Assembly: GCA_951406725.2 (NCBI GenBank)
Contig: OX597825.1
Span: 82,522,001 to 82,586,000 of the forward strand
DNA: 64,000 bases
Direction: 5' to 3'
Source: Octopus vulgaris
Taxonomy: Eukaryota
Shown here: positions 14,518 to 26,600 of the stretch, one piece after another
How the letters are laid out: each line of letters opens with the position of its first letter
Numbering within the stretch: the stretch's first letter is position 1
Notes under the pieces: generated by a model
The model's database searches: none
Seen by the model: the letters and a program-made list of their open reading frames with translations, nothing else
Told to the model about the DNA's origin: nothing
Position numbers and translations under genes: made by a program

Positions 14518-14849
14518 ATATGGAAATATGCACGTAAATACACATCCATACAAGTCTAAGTGAATACATGCATACATATAAATGCATGTATGTGCGCAAG
14601 TATAAACATACACACTTATTTACAGATATATATAGACGCACACATATGAATACATAGGCATGCCAACAATACAGACATCCACATAAAAACATATCTAGGT
14701 CCTGACATATATATATACAAACAACTTTTAAAAAGATTTGCTGAGTGTATAATAATAAAATTTGAATATAAGACATGCAAAAGAGAACACTCTATATCGA
14801 ATTATCTATGAATTAAACGATCAAATGTGTTTGTAAAATACAATAAAAT
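14518..14849 (+). repeat. Local direct duplication, copy 2
   Basis: Matches 12036-12329 with an extra internal block of roughly 30 bp. Confidence 0.9.
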
Positions 14850-14999
14850 GCATCGTCAACAATATAACCAGCCTTCGGCACTTGACGAATTGTTTCGCAA
14901 TCGTTTACCCTTTTACTTGATTCACCTCGATGGGTTTGTCCATACTGGAGTGCCGTATTTGTTGTTGCCAAACTTTTACCTATACTCCTTTAATATTTG

Positions 15000-15360
15000 G
15001 CTTTGGGCAAAGAATGGAATTTAATGTTGCTGCCTATATTTGCGTTTCCTGTCGCAAAGGTAGCTCATCCTGGATTCTTGAGAGTAAAAGTTCCAGTTCG
15101 GATTTATAGGCATCAACGTCTACCCCCATGTAGATCTCTCACATCTTTCAGGGGGATATTGAAAAACTGTGGACCCTTGCATCCCAAGCCATTACAATAT
15201 TTTCTCCTGTATATTGATGAAAATGGTGTTACTTTTGACACCATGCGATGGTATCCTGTTCTGGTGTTAGTGCAGCATTCAACGCCGAAGTTTGCGACAA
15301 GTCTTTCCAGGATCTTTCAGCTCTATATCACCACAAATCTTTCCCGCCTTCTCTGTTTAA
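15000..15360 (-). mobile_element. Decayed 3' end of a CR1-group LINE ORF2
   Basis: QRRRERFVVI*S*KILERLVANFG...KGPQFFNIP...DVDAYKSELELLLSRIQDE...AATLNSIL resembles the CR1-type ORF2 C-terminus. Contains stops and a frameshift. Confidence 0.75.
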
Positions 15361-15890
15361 ACTGTTACAATTTCCATCCTGATAATCGAAGATGTTTTCT
15401 TGATGAAGAATTTCTATGAGACAAACTGGAATAAGATGGGTACGAACGTATGGAGGGTACTAAAACAATTCACTTCCCAACCATATCGATCCAGGACCAA
15501 TCCCGCTGCTCGGCTCATTGGACAGCTATCTTCAACTACAACCCTGCGTTGTTGAGGTTAGTCAATGAAATTTGTTGCGTGCATGGAACGAAATGATATG
15601 TTATGGAACCGATTGTGTGGTACTATTCGTTAAACCAATCAATATGTAAAGATCAATAAAATAATTGTGGTGCAAATTAATTGGCTCGAAGTAACACTTC
15701 TTAAAGACAGAGTCCTAGCAGGGTAGCTGTTCAGAAAACTCAGCGGTAACAGGGCAAACTAATGTTAAATATCTTCTATTTAACATTATTGTTTTGCTAA
15801 TTGTTTTAGTACTTGGACGGCGGCCACGCTGGGGCAATGCACTAGAGTAATTTACTGAATCAATTCGACCCCATCACTTATGTAGTTTTC

Positions 15891-16217
15891 GTGAGGGCGC
15901 GTGGCTTAGTGGTTAGGGCATTCGGCTCATGATCGTAAGGTTGTGATTTCGATTCCCGGCGACGCGTTGTGTCCTTGAGCAAGACACTTTATTTCACGTT
16001 GCTCCAGTCCACTCAGCTGGCAAAAATGAGTTGTACTTGTATTTCAAAGGGTCAGCCTTGTCACTCTCTGTGTCACGCTGATTATCCCCGAGAACTACGT
16101 TAAGGGTACATGTGTCTGTGGAATGCTCAGCCATTTGCACGTTAATTTCACGAGCAAGCTGTTCCGTTGATCGTATCAGCTGGGACCCTCGTCGTCGTAA
16201 CCGACGAAGTCTTTTTT
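15891..16217 (+). mobile_element. tRNA-derived SINE family C, young copy with TSD
   Basis: A-box TGGCTTAGTGG, B-box TTCGATTCCC. 13-bp TSD TTATGTAGTTTTC at 15878-15890 and 16218-16230. Confidence 0.9.
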
Positions 16218-16662
16218 TTATGTAGTTTTCAAGTCTGGCACATATACAAATGCTCAATAAATTCTTTGTCAGAGATGCCAAGTCAGTTTACTGCAGTCGA
16301 AAACAGCAGGGTGTGAGAAACCTGAATTCCCCTTCAATTCACCATACTTGCATACATCTATTAATATAATATATACACTCGTCGGACCATTGTGCTCTGC
16401 AGATATAGGCAAGAGTAATACGCATAGCATTGGCACTGCTGCCAAATAATCTGTCGGTGAATTCCTCATTATACCCATTGCTACCCCATTCATAAACTAT
16501 AATAAATGGTAATTTTCTCTGGATTATTTTTATTGCGATGATGAATATTTTCATGTCTTTATTTTTAAAAAAATCACAATTATTCTTCATCAACACTCAA
16601 TTAACTGGAAAGTAACATGTATTTACATGTATTTCCTTTAAACCTGTTTACATGTATTTCCC

Positions 16663-16877
16663 TTAACCCATTAAATCCCGGAGTACTTGCATTTCTGAAT
16701 ATTACTTTTAAATGTTTACAGATGATTTACAGATGGTTAAAATGAAAAAAAAAATATTCAAGTAGAAATGGAAATACTCGGTGTCTTATAAATAGGACAC
16801 TGGGACAATGTGATATAGCTTATTTAAGGTTCTCATTTAGTGTCCTATTTATAGGACAGTGGGATTTAATGGGTTAA
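16663..16877. mobile_element. piggyBac-type MITE
   Basis: TTAA|CCCATTAAATCCC ... GGGATTTAATGGG|TTAA: perfect 13-bp TIRs with TTAA TSD. Two internal palindromes of the GTGTCCTATTTATAGGACA type. Confidence 0.85.
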
Positions 16878-18064
16878 ACGAAAGAAACAAATTTGTTGTT
16901 TTACCGACCGGATGATTGTGCAAAATAGATTGAAGTGGCACAAAGAAATAATTTCACTAAACGGAAGGAAGTTTACAAGTGGACTCACTTCTCTATTGAC
17001 TTCAGGTAATGTTTCCATTATTTTTATTGTGTTTCTCCTTATTCCAGACCCCCTGGCTTTATCTTGCCGTTTCATCTCTGATCACGTGATCGTAGAATAT
17101 TCACTACCATTATTTTTAATGGCGAATTAGGAAACAAATATATGTTGACCGAAACTAAACCACAAAATTTATTTTTCCTTGCTTTGATTCGATGATTGAA
17201 TTAAGAATATCAACTGTTAATATCATTTTATTTCTCTGAATAAATTACATGAAAATAATATCTATCTGTCTATAACGTATAACAGACAGATATACGGACA
17301 GACAGAGGAACACGAAACATATATGAATTAACTCTATATTCGGCAAATTATGTGTTGTGCTAATTAAGTGAGAAGGGAAAGAATAATTACTTTCGTAGCG
17401 AAGAAATTTGTTTCATCTCTTCTTCGGAAGTACTTTATAATTGTCGATAAAATAATATTTGAATGAAATTAGGAAAATATTTGCTACAGTATTCATCAAT
17501 GAGACATTAGTGTAATAAGTGAAACAGTGAGGCAACAAACGTGAATGAGAACAAAATTGTGGTATTTTCAAGAAGGTATTACAATGTTTTATTTTCCTTG
17601 ATTACGCGTGGGTCTTAATGTTTATTCACCACAATTTAAAATTTCATGATTTATAAATAGCGGCCACTAAAACAAGGGGGAAAAAACTAGAACAATATAA
17701 TTTACAGCTCATTAGATATTGTGAATACAGAGAAGTTCAAAGAGCTAAAATAGAAAAGAAACATTCTTTAATAATTCGCTTCCAACTATTATCATAAAAT
17801 GTAAATGAAAAATCTCAAAGGAAAAACTGCAATACAAACCACAGTCAAATGAGACACGAAAACGAATAAAAATCAACTTCAGCTCAGTTGGACATCACAG
17901 CAAGATATTTTATTTATGAATAAATATGAAGGAATCTTTGTTGAGTTTCCTAACACAAAATTATTGAGAGGAGAAAAGTTTAGTCATTATTCTACGGTAA
18001 AAGTGGAGTGCCACAGAGAAGGTTGTTTAAACGGTTTTCACTAATTATTTTAGAGAAAATATAC

Positions 18065-18443
18065 TTTTGTACTCGAGGCACAAGGTCTGAAATTTTTGGA
18101 GGAGGGACCAGTCGATTAGATCGACCCCAGTACGCAACTGGTACTTAACTTATTGACCCCGAAAGGATGAAAGCAAAAGTCGAAGTTGGTGAAATTTAAA
18201 CTCAGAACATAAAGACAGACAAAATACCTATTACTTTACTACCCACAAGGGGCTAAACACAGACAAACGGATTATGTCGATTATATCGACGCAAGTGCGT
18301 AACTGGTACTTATTTAATCGACCCCGAAAGGATGAAAGGCAATGTCGGCCTCGGCGGAATTTGAACTCAGAACGTAACGGCGGACGAAATATCGCTAAGC
18401 ATTTCGCCCGGCGTGCTAACGATTCTGCCAGCTCGCCGCCTTA
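18065..18443 (-). mobile_element. SINE A with duplicated body
   Basis: Head at about 18443; body module present twice. Confidence 0.9.
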
Positions 18444-18789
18444 TTGTAAAGATAATATTAGCACAAAGATGGGTGTATGTGGAATGAACACGAATATATT
18501 GTTGCAGAGAAATGCATGAAATAAGAAGCGAGAAAATTATAGATTTAAATGAAGAGATGCGGCAAAGATAAACATTTGAGTAAATGGACTGGAAACGACC
18601 GTGCAAAGGAGTAGAAAAAATATACTAGAGAGTGATTTTAAGGACAGGAGAGATACTTAGGGGGAAGAAAATGTGGGAAACATTTGAAGAAGTGATAAAC
18701 AAAAACAAAAAGAGGCTGTGTCATACAGTGGGATCGAAACCGTGACAAGTGTTTCGGTTGCAAGATTCTTACAGCACGGCGCTGTCTAC

Positions 18790-18957
18790 ACAATATACTC
18801 GTGTTCATTCCACATACTCCAATCTTTGAGCTAATATTATCTTTGCAACAAGGCGGTGAGCTGGCAGAATCGTTTGCACGCCGGGCGAAATGCTTAGTGG
18901 TATTTCGTCCGCCGTTACGTTCTGAGTTCAAATTCCGCCGAGGCCGACTTTGCCTTT
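18790..18957 (+). repeat. Inverted duplicate of 18335-18502 (SINE A head plus unique flank)
   Basis: The reverse-complement match includes about 60 bp of non-SINE flank. Confidence 0.85.
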
Positions 18958-19149
18958 TACAGGGTTCGTTTAAGGTGCCATTGAGATATTTTTCCTCATA
19001 TATATGAAAATGGTTGGTAACATACGCAGACTTGTGTTGTTAGAGAAATCATACGCGTCATATAGTTTTTGTCTTGTTTACAAAAGACCGTCTGCCTTCT
19101 TGATTCTAAGATTATCTATATGGTGTTCTGTGGCACATAGAGCATCACA

Positions 19150-19502
<353 letters not shown>

Positions 19503-20084
19503 GCGAAATTGAAACATGAATAACAACATATATTAAGAGAAAAGCAATACTACTTTCAAAATATATTTTTTTGGGGGAACATTGTACACCAAATATATTA
19601 GTTTTATATAGTATTTATCAGTTCATTTTTTTCATCCATTTTTAATTTGGTGCAATAACGCAAACTAAAAAGGGAATGGCAAATATTCTTCTGAAGAATA
19701 TTGTTATTATTCAAAGCTCTCAATAACTATATATCATTTCATTTTTTGTCATGTTCTGCTGAACGTGGATTGTCATAAATATTTCATTTTCGGTATAATC
19801 TTTGCTAAAACCTGTTTATTACTCGGCTCTCTTGTGCTATCTTAATCAAACTTCACAGTATGAGTTCACAAGGCATTTCCAATATAAGTTCCCTGATAAA
19901 TGTGTTATATTTATAAGGAAGATAGGGGCGTTATTTGATATTAATGCGCAAACTTTAACACTTTGGAAACAGAAATTACATTAATGTCAAGGATATGATA
20001 TAATTCTCTGAGTATGTGACGGGAAAATTGACCCATTATCAATATTATTCCGAGGAATACAGTGGCATGAAAAGGAATTTATCA

Positions 20085-20245
20085 GTTGTGGTTGTGTGGT
20101 AAGTAGCTTGGTTTCGAAGCAACTAGTGTGGGTTCATTCCCATTACATGGTAAATTTGGAAAATGTTTTCCACGATAGCCTCGGACCAACCAAATTCTTG
20201 TGGGTGGATTTGGTAAACAGAAAACAGGAAAAGAAGTTAGACGTA
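20085..20245 (+). mobile_element. SINE B, diverged 5' half
   Basis: GTGGTTGTGTGGTAAGTAGCTTG...GGATTTGGTAAACAGAAAAC. Confidence 0.7.
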
Positions 20246-20299
20246 TAAATCTATATATATATGCGTGTGTGTGTGTGTGTGTATGCATATATATATACA

Positions 20300-20354
<55 letters not shown>

Positions 20355-20365
20355 GTTCTCTACTT

Positions 20366-20441
20366 GTCTCTGATGATGGAATACCCCATATTCACGCATA
20401 CTCGCCTATCATTTGGAATATCCCAGAAACAGCTGTAAGGC
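20366..20441 (+). ncRNA. Type I hammerhead ribozyme motif
   Basis: Stem I GUCU/AGGC; core CUGAUGA; stem II UGG...CCA; GAAA; palindromic stem III ACAGCUGU; GUA cleavage triplet (after 20437). Confidence 0.7.
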
Positions 20442-22840
20442 CTCAACTAATTTAAGAATAATATAAAACAATGTATATGACCGAAGATGCTTGTTATGCC
20501 TCGGCGTTTCTTGTCCTCTTTCACAAATATATATATATATATATATATATATCTTGGTGAGTAGAGGCCAATGTGACAGTCTGGATGAGCTAGAGTTTAA
20601 AAAAGAAGAGAAAAAACTCAAAACAAATTAACCAGTTAATTTGCAGATTACAAATATAACTTGTAAGTGGAAGAGTAAAGCTATGCAATACTTTACTAAA
20701 GTTCGATATGTGACATTACTTTGTTTGAGATGGAACTTTGTGCCTTCGATATAGCAGAATTTCAAGTAATTAAAAGCAGAAGAGAATATATATACATAAA
20801 CACATATTTACGGACACATGTAAAATGTGTAAAACCCTAGCTATGAATATGAGGGAATTTTAGAAAATATATAACATTGGTAGATTAAGGAAGCTCTAGA
20901 ATCGTATTTGGAGAACTTATTTAGGCTCAGAATTATTTACAATTATATTCCAAGTGTATGGGCATTAACAGAATTTAGAAGTTACGAACAAGAAAGCTTT
21001 GGTAAATTGTAATAACGAGCTTTTGCGTTCTAAACTCACATTACATTATAATTCCATAAAAATTTAGTCTATTCCGATGCAGGAATGTATCCCTGTCAAA
21101 TATAAAGGGGTATTCAAATAATGATTTCCAGTGTTTATTTGAGATGTGAAAGGGTAGAACTTGTAGAGTTGTTAGGGTCTTTGAAAAGAACATGTTGGAA
21201 AATGTCATTCTGGATCTTTGCTCTCTCAATTCAGGTTCATTTTGCCTTTCAAATATATTTGGTCGCTAAAAATCCACCAAACCAGAAATGTCTGAATTGT
21301 CGGACGAGCTACTTTCCGGTATCTATTGCAGCTCCTTGTGTTTCCAGCTTAAATTGTGCCTGTGGTGTGACAGTTGCAACCGTGGAAATTTTGAACTTAC
21401 AGCCATTGTAGAAAGCTAGGCAAGGATATGCTGAGCAGGCTTCAGTGAACAGTTGATGGAAACGGTTAAATGGAATGTCATTCCAAAATACCATATTCGC
21501 ATTTGTAATTTCTTAGTTCTTATTCTGCTGGGATCAACGTTGATATATTCATGGCCGATAAAACTTGTAACTGTAGTGTACTGGGAATGTTTTAATCGAA
21601 TTAATACATCCTTCCCTACATATATGTGACCTTGTTTTAATATGACAAATCAATATTACACCGAGTCGAAATTATACGCTTGTTTCTGATTAGAGACAAT
21701 GTAAATAATTTGAACAATAGAAGTATCACTCGCACCACTTCTATTCTGTGTCGTTTGGAAACATCTGAATTCAAGTTGAATAATTAATATTATCCATTCT
21801 ATCTAAATGTGTCCATTGTTTGTTGAACGAAGCAGAATAAATGATGTTATAATTAAATATTTTTTTATTCGCCGCTAATCATTCAAATGCAGATTAGATA
21901 ACAGTCTATGGCAGTAATTCAATAAAATTACACGAGCCAGACATGTTATGCAACGAGCAGAAGATCAGCTCCCGAATTACGAGGTCCGCTTAAACATTCT
22001 AATAGCATCGACTGGATTCATGGTTCACATCACATTGAAGAGTTAGCAAAATTTGTTAGAGTGATGTTGCTAAGGATTACGGATGCAACGGATATTTGTT
22101 TGTAAATCTCATTTTCTAACGTCACATGTAAATCACTAGATGTCATTTATTTGTTATTCAAATATATAGACTCTTGCTGAAAGAAAACAGAATAATAAAA
22201 TGGAAGCTGAATAAAATGTTATTTCGTATGACGAAGATGACGATGAGGTGTGTGTTCAGGACTTCTGTGACTAATTATGTTGAAATTCTTAACAAATAGA
22301 CGCTGTCGTTTTCTTGGGCTTAACATTCGCTTCTTAATTCTGTAGTTCCGGATTTGGCTCTCTTCGAGGATATCTCAGGCAAGAGCTTTATAGTGAAGTG
22401 CATGGATATATACCACCCAAAACATATGCACATCTCCACGTACAAATACATACAGCCGGGACTATACACAGTTTCTGTCTAAGAGATTTCACTTCAAATG
22501 GTGACTGATATAAATTTTATGTGCATTTTTCGGAACATACTAATGTTTTTGTGAAGAATATACAATTGGGTTAAATCGTGTCATTGAGTCACAAAAATGT
22601 AAAGTTAGCCTTTCGACAGCATTGAAATATGTAATAGGTTGGGATGTTTTAAAAGTGAAATACTCTTCAGGACCGCACAACTGCGCAGCCGCCGTAAAAT
22701 GATTGAAGTATAGTGTAAATTACTCGTAACGTAGCAGTCAATATGTTGCGAATAATTTTTAATACTCTATTTGCTAACATACAAATGATTTAATGTTCGA
22801 CCTCAAATAATATATTAAAGTCTACCGTGTACTGAGTAGA

Positions 22841-22920
22841 TAGAGGGGTCGGGAAAAGAATGGAAACACCTAGCTTCATAGCATCATAATTTTGAAATAT
22901 CTATAAAACTGTCATAATCT
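22841..22920 (+). mobile_element. Tc1-like terminal fragment
   Basis: TAGAGGGGTCGGGAAAAGAATGGAAACACC resembles Tc1-type TIR starts. No partner end found. Confidence 0.35.
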
Positions 22921-23037
22921 TGTTTATTTTTATGGTTTTTGATATATTATTAGTGTAAATAAACTTGTAATTGTTTAAAATAAATTTATACCAAATTAGT
23001 TTCAACAAATTGTTTTGTTTATCAATGGTAAATATTT

Positions 23038-23797
23038 AGAATTATGAATTACAAAACATGTTTAAAAGGTTCAATGTTGACAACTTTAAATGTTCATTAC
23101 AGAAATATTTAGAATTATGAATTAGAAAAACTTGTTGAAAAATTACGATGTTGACAAGTTTAAATGTTCATAACAGTCAATAATATTAAGACGGTGAAAT
23201 TTTACAAGCACCAGTTCCTGACGTCACCTAAATCTAGACTAATCAAAAACCGAACTTTCGCAAATGCAACATAATGACTCTTTAAGAGAATCAACCAACC
23301 GCAACGACTGATGACCGTTCCCCACAGGGAAGCCAACCAGGAGAACGACAAACTTGACCACCGGAAAAGCAAGACGCCACCAGTATTTTAACAAATCCAA
23401 AATCAGATTCGCTCGCTGAAAAAATATAAATACACCGGGTTCTAAAAACACACCGTTACAAGCGAATGTTCCTACACACGACAGAAAGAGGATCTGAGAA
23501 ATTGTAAACCAATTCCCTTTTTTTACTATCTTCATTTCTCCCTTGTTTTTCCCCCTCTTTACTCAATATGACTGAAACTTTGATGATATTCATTTCTTGT
23601 CGATCACTACTAACATTAATGGGCTTTGTACACTCAAACAGATTGATGTACAGTTTTAATATTATTGACTGTTACGAACATTTAAAATCATCAACATCGA
23701 AATTTTTTCTAATCCATAATTCTAAATTCGTCTGTTATGAATATTTAAACTTGTCAGCATGGAACCTTTTAAATATGCTTTTCGAATTCATAATTCT
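23038..23797. repeat. Foldback-like inverted repeat with tandemly subrepeated arms
   Basis: Arm 23038-23192 is the diverged reverse complement of 23653-23797. Each arm holds two units of about 70 bp starting AGAATTATGAATT. Confidence 0.75.
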
Positions 23798-23903
23798 GTA
23801 AGTAAACTTATTTTAAACAAATACAAGTTTTTCAAACTTAGGTACATTTTCAACAACAAATTTTCCTATATTTTTCTCCTGCGTGGAAATACACCCCTCT
23901 TTT

Positions 23904-23950
<47 letters not shown>

Positions 23951-24278
23951 TTCTTCGAAGTGGAAATTAATTCCAACCGAAAAGTTTTTTGTTTTTTATT
24001 TATTTGTTTATTCAACCGTATGGTAGCATCGTTGTAGAAATAGCTCAAGCTAAACCTTTGACCCAAGTGGACAAAGAAATGAATTAACTGCCATATCTCA
24101 ATTTATCACTTTTGAGCTCTTAAGATCAGTTTACTGTCATTAATGTTTGTAGCTTTGCCATACCTAGTGTATTCATTTACTAGTATTATCACTACTCCAC
24201 GACCACCCCTATAATTGGTGTTATTACTACTGATACTTATATATTTATTATTATCATTAATAATAATTGTTAATATTA

Positions 24279-24455
24279 AGGCGATGAAACGGCAGAAACT
24301 TTAGTTCACCGGGCGAAATGCTTAGCGGTGTTTCGTTGGTCTTTACGTTCTGAGTTCAAATTCAGCCGAGGTCGACTTTGCCTTTCCTCCTTTTGGGGTC
24401 GATAAATTAAGTTCCAGTTGCTTACTAGGGTCGATGTAATCGACTTGCTCCCCAC
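24279..24455 (+). mobile_element. SINE A
   Basis: Head and body match family A. Confidence 0.85.
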
Positions 24456-25612
24456 CAAAAAAAAAAAAAAAATTAAGTGGTTAGAGTAGAAAATAATAAT
24501 TATTAATACAAGTAGATATTTCTCAATTACTGTTCATATAACCTAATTTAACTTTTTGTATATCCAATTGATTGGTTAGTATCTTTTCTCTTTTCTATAA
24601 TATTTCTTATCAGCTGTATGAAACTAAACTTTGGTTTACATTACTAACTTACCCTGTACTCCAGTTTAATTTAATAGCAATTATTATGCAATTATTCGTA
24701 CACACTGCAAATATACTTAGCCTGGTGAACACAACTCATTAATCTTTCAATCTTGTGGTTAACTAATTTAAGTTCGGATGTGACAATCTGGTAGAATTCT
24801 TGGACACACAATTCACATCTTTAAACTTCATATACTGTAAGGTTTAGCCCGGCTAATTATCTCCCAGGTTAGTGTATAGTCCTTATTTTTATCTTTATTC
24901 TATACTTATCCCTAAATGTGTTTTCGCGATAAGCTATCATTCTTTTATATATTTTCTGTAGCTCCTATATAACAGTATACCTGCCCTTCTGAAGTAACCT
25001 TTTATCTGTATATAATTTCTTTAATTTTGCCTTTGGAATCCGGCAAAATAAGTGGTAAAAATAATGCCTGTTCTGTGCGCTGTTTGGATGCATTTCATAA
25101 GTCTCTTTCTCAATTTCAAGGATGTATTTTTCGTTTCAAATTGCCATGATTTGAAATAGAGATTTGAAATTGAAGAAATTTTGGTCGAACAATGTATAAA
25201 ATCTCCAAATAAAATTAGTCCATTAAATTTCCATTTATTTCACAAGATGTCAAAGGAACGTAAATTTTGTATGTTTCAAGATGGTTGACAGCTGTACCTC
25301 ATTGCAGTTTCATATTTCATAAACTTTTAAGATTCTAAAGACAGACGTTCCAATGCATAAATGTTTTGTTTTTGCAATAAAGTTAATGATGCTGCGGCTG
25401 ATGATGAGGATGACGATGATGGTGATGATGATGTTGATGATTATAGCGCAGATGCAAACTCATTCACACATATACAGGCAGCCCCTCACACACACAAACA
25501 TACATATGCGCGTGTGTATTGAGAAAATTTTGAAAAATGAGGTAAATTCATTTTACATATTTAAGTTATACATTACACAAGTTTATCTTTTAACATAGGA
25601 GATACACATATA

Positions 25613-25643
<31 letters not shown>

Positions 25644-26129
25644 TACACAGATGCATACATACAAAGAAACTTACGTACGTACATATATATTGTATATCAT
25701 ATATATTTCATATACTATATTATAGATTACATTATATATACTATGTATTATGTACATATTATATATATATATCACATGTGTATATTATATTACGTTATAT
25801 TTATAAATAGATGTGTGTGTGTATCAGAAAGAGATGTGACAATGGAATAAATGACTATCTTAGGACCTTCATTAGCTTAAAGTTGTTTCTACTATAAGAT
25901 ATAGAGAACTCATGGCTGAGTGTGTGAATAACACTTTATAGCTTCACCGGAGCCTTAAATATGAATATACGTATACGCATATATACATACATTCACACGC
26001 ACACATATTTGACGCAGAGAGACTGACCCACACACGCAACTATACACCTACACATACGCACACATGTATGTACACAATACATAAACATCTATATATGTTT
26101 ATATGTATATATGTATATATGTATGTATG

Positions 26130-26187
<58 letters not shown>

Positions 26188-26388
26188 CGGGAAGCTTTAT
26201 GAAAATAAACAAAAGACGAAGGCAGGTGGAGTACAAACAAACAAATGTATTTGTATGGTGCTCAGGAATATAAATAAAACAAGTCTTTTACGTTTCGAGC
26301 CTTCGCTCTTCAACAGAAAGATACACAGAAAAGAAACACGGAGAGAAACAAGGAGAGAAAAGAAATGCGTGCAGAGGCTAGCGAATCA
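26188..26388 (-). mobile_element. PLE-like terminal repeat between (TA)n tracts
   Basis: Minus strand reads TTGAAGA-GCGAAGGCTC-GAAACGTA, a hammerhead-like core. Same family as the copies at 6257 and 12790. Confidence 0.55.
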
Positions 26389-26454
26389 ACATATATATAT
26401 ATACGTGTCCATATTTAGAGTGAAAGGTTTTTGTTTCACACATCCCGGCTGTCT

Positions 26455-26600
26455 TTCTGGAATATTCTTCTGGTGGAGTACCAAGTTAGATAGAACTGCT
26501 CTTCTTTGTATCACCTGATACAATGTGATGTGATGCAGTATGGTGTCAAAATCTTGTTTGAAATTATCCACACCTAGGTAAATACACAAAGTAAATATTT
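26455..26600 (-). mobile_element. Decayed CR1-group LINE 3' end
   Basis: GVDNFKQDFDTILHHI...RRAVLSNLVLHQ parallels the C-terminal motifs seen at 15000-15130. Confidence 0.5.

Noticed and set aside
15892-15965. tRNA-like sequence (also the heads of SINE families A, B and D)
   Set aside because: Continues into a repeated SINE body with a TSD; not a stand-alone tRNA gene.
16269-16493. ORF containing NGVAMG, reminiscent of a PLE reverse-transcriptase motif
   Set aside because: Flanking RT motifs (SP..., YxDD) are absent.
23308-23392. CTGATGA...GGAAAA hammerhead-like words
   Set aside because: Stems I, II and III cannot be formed.
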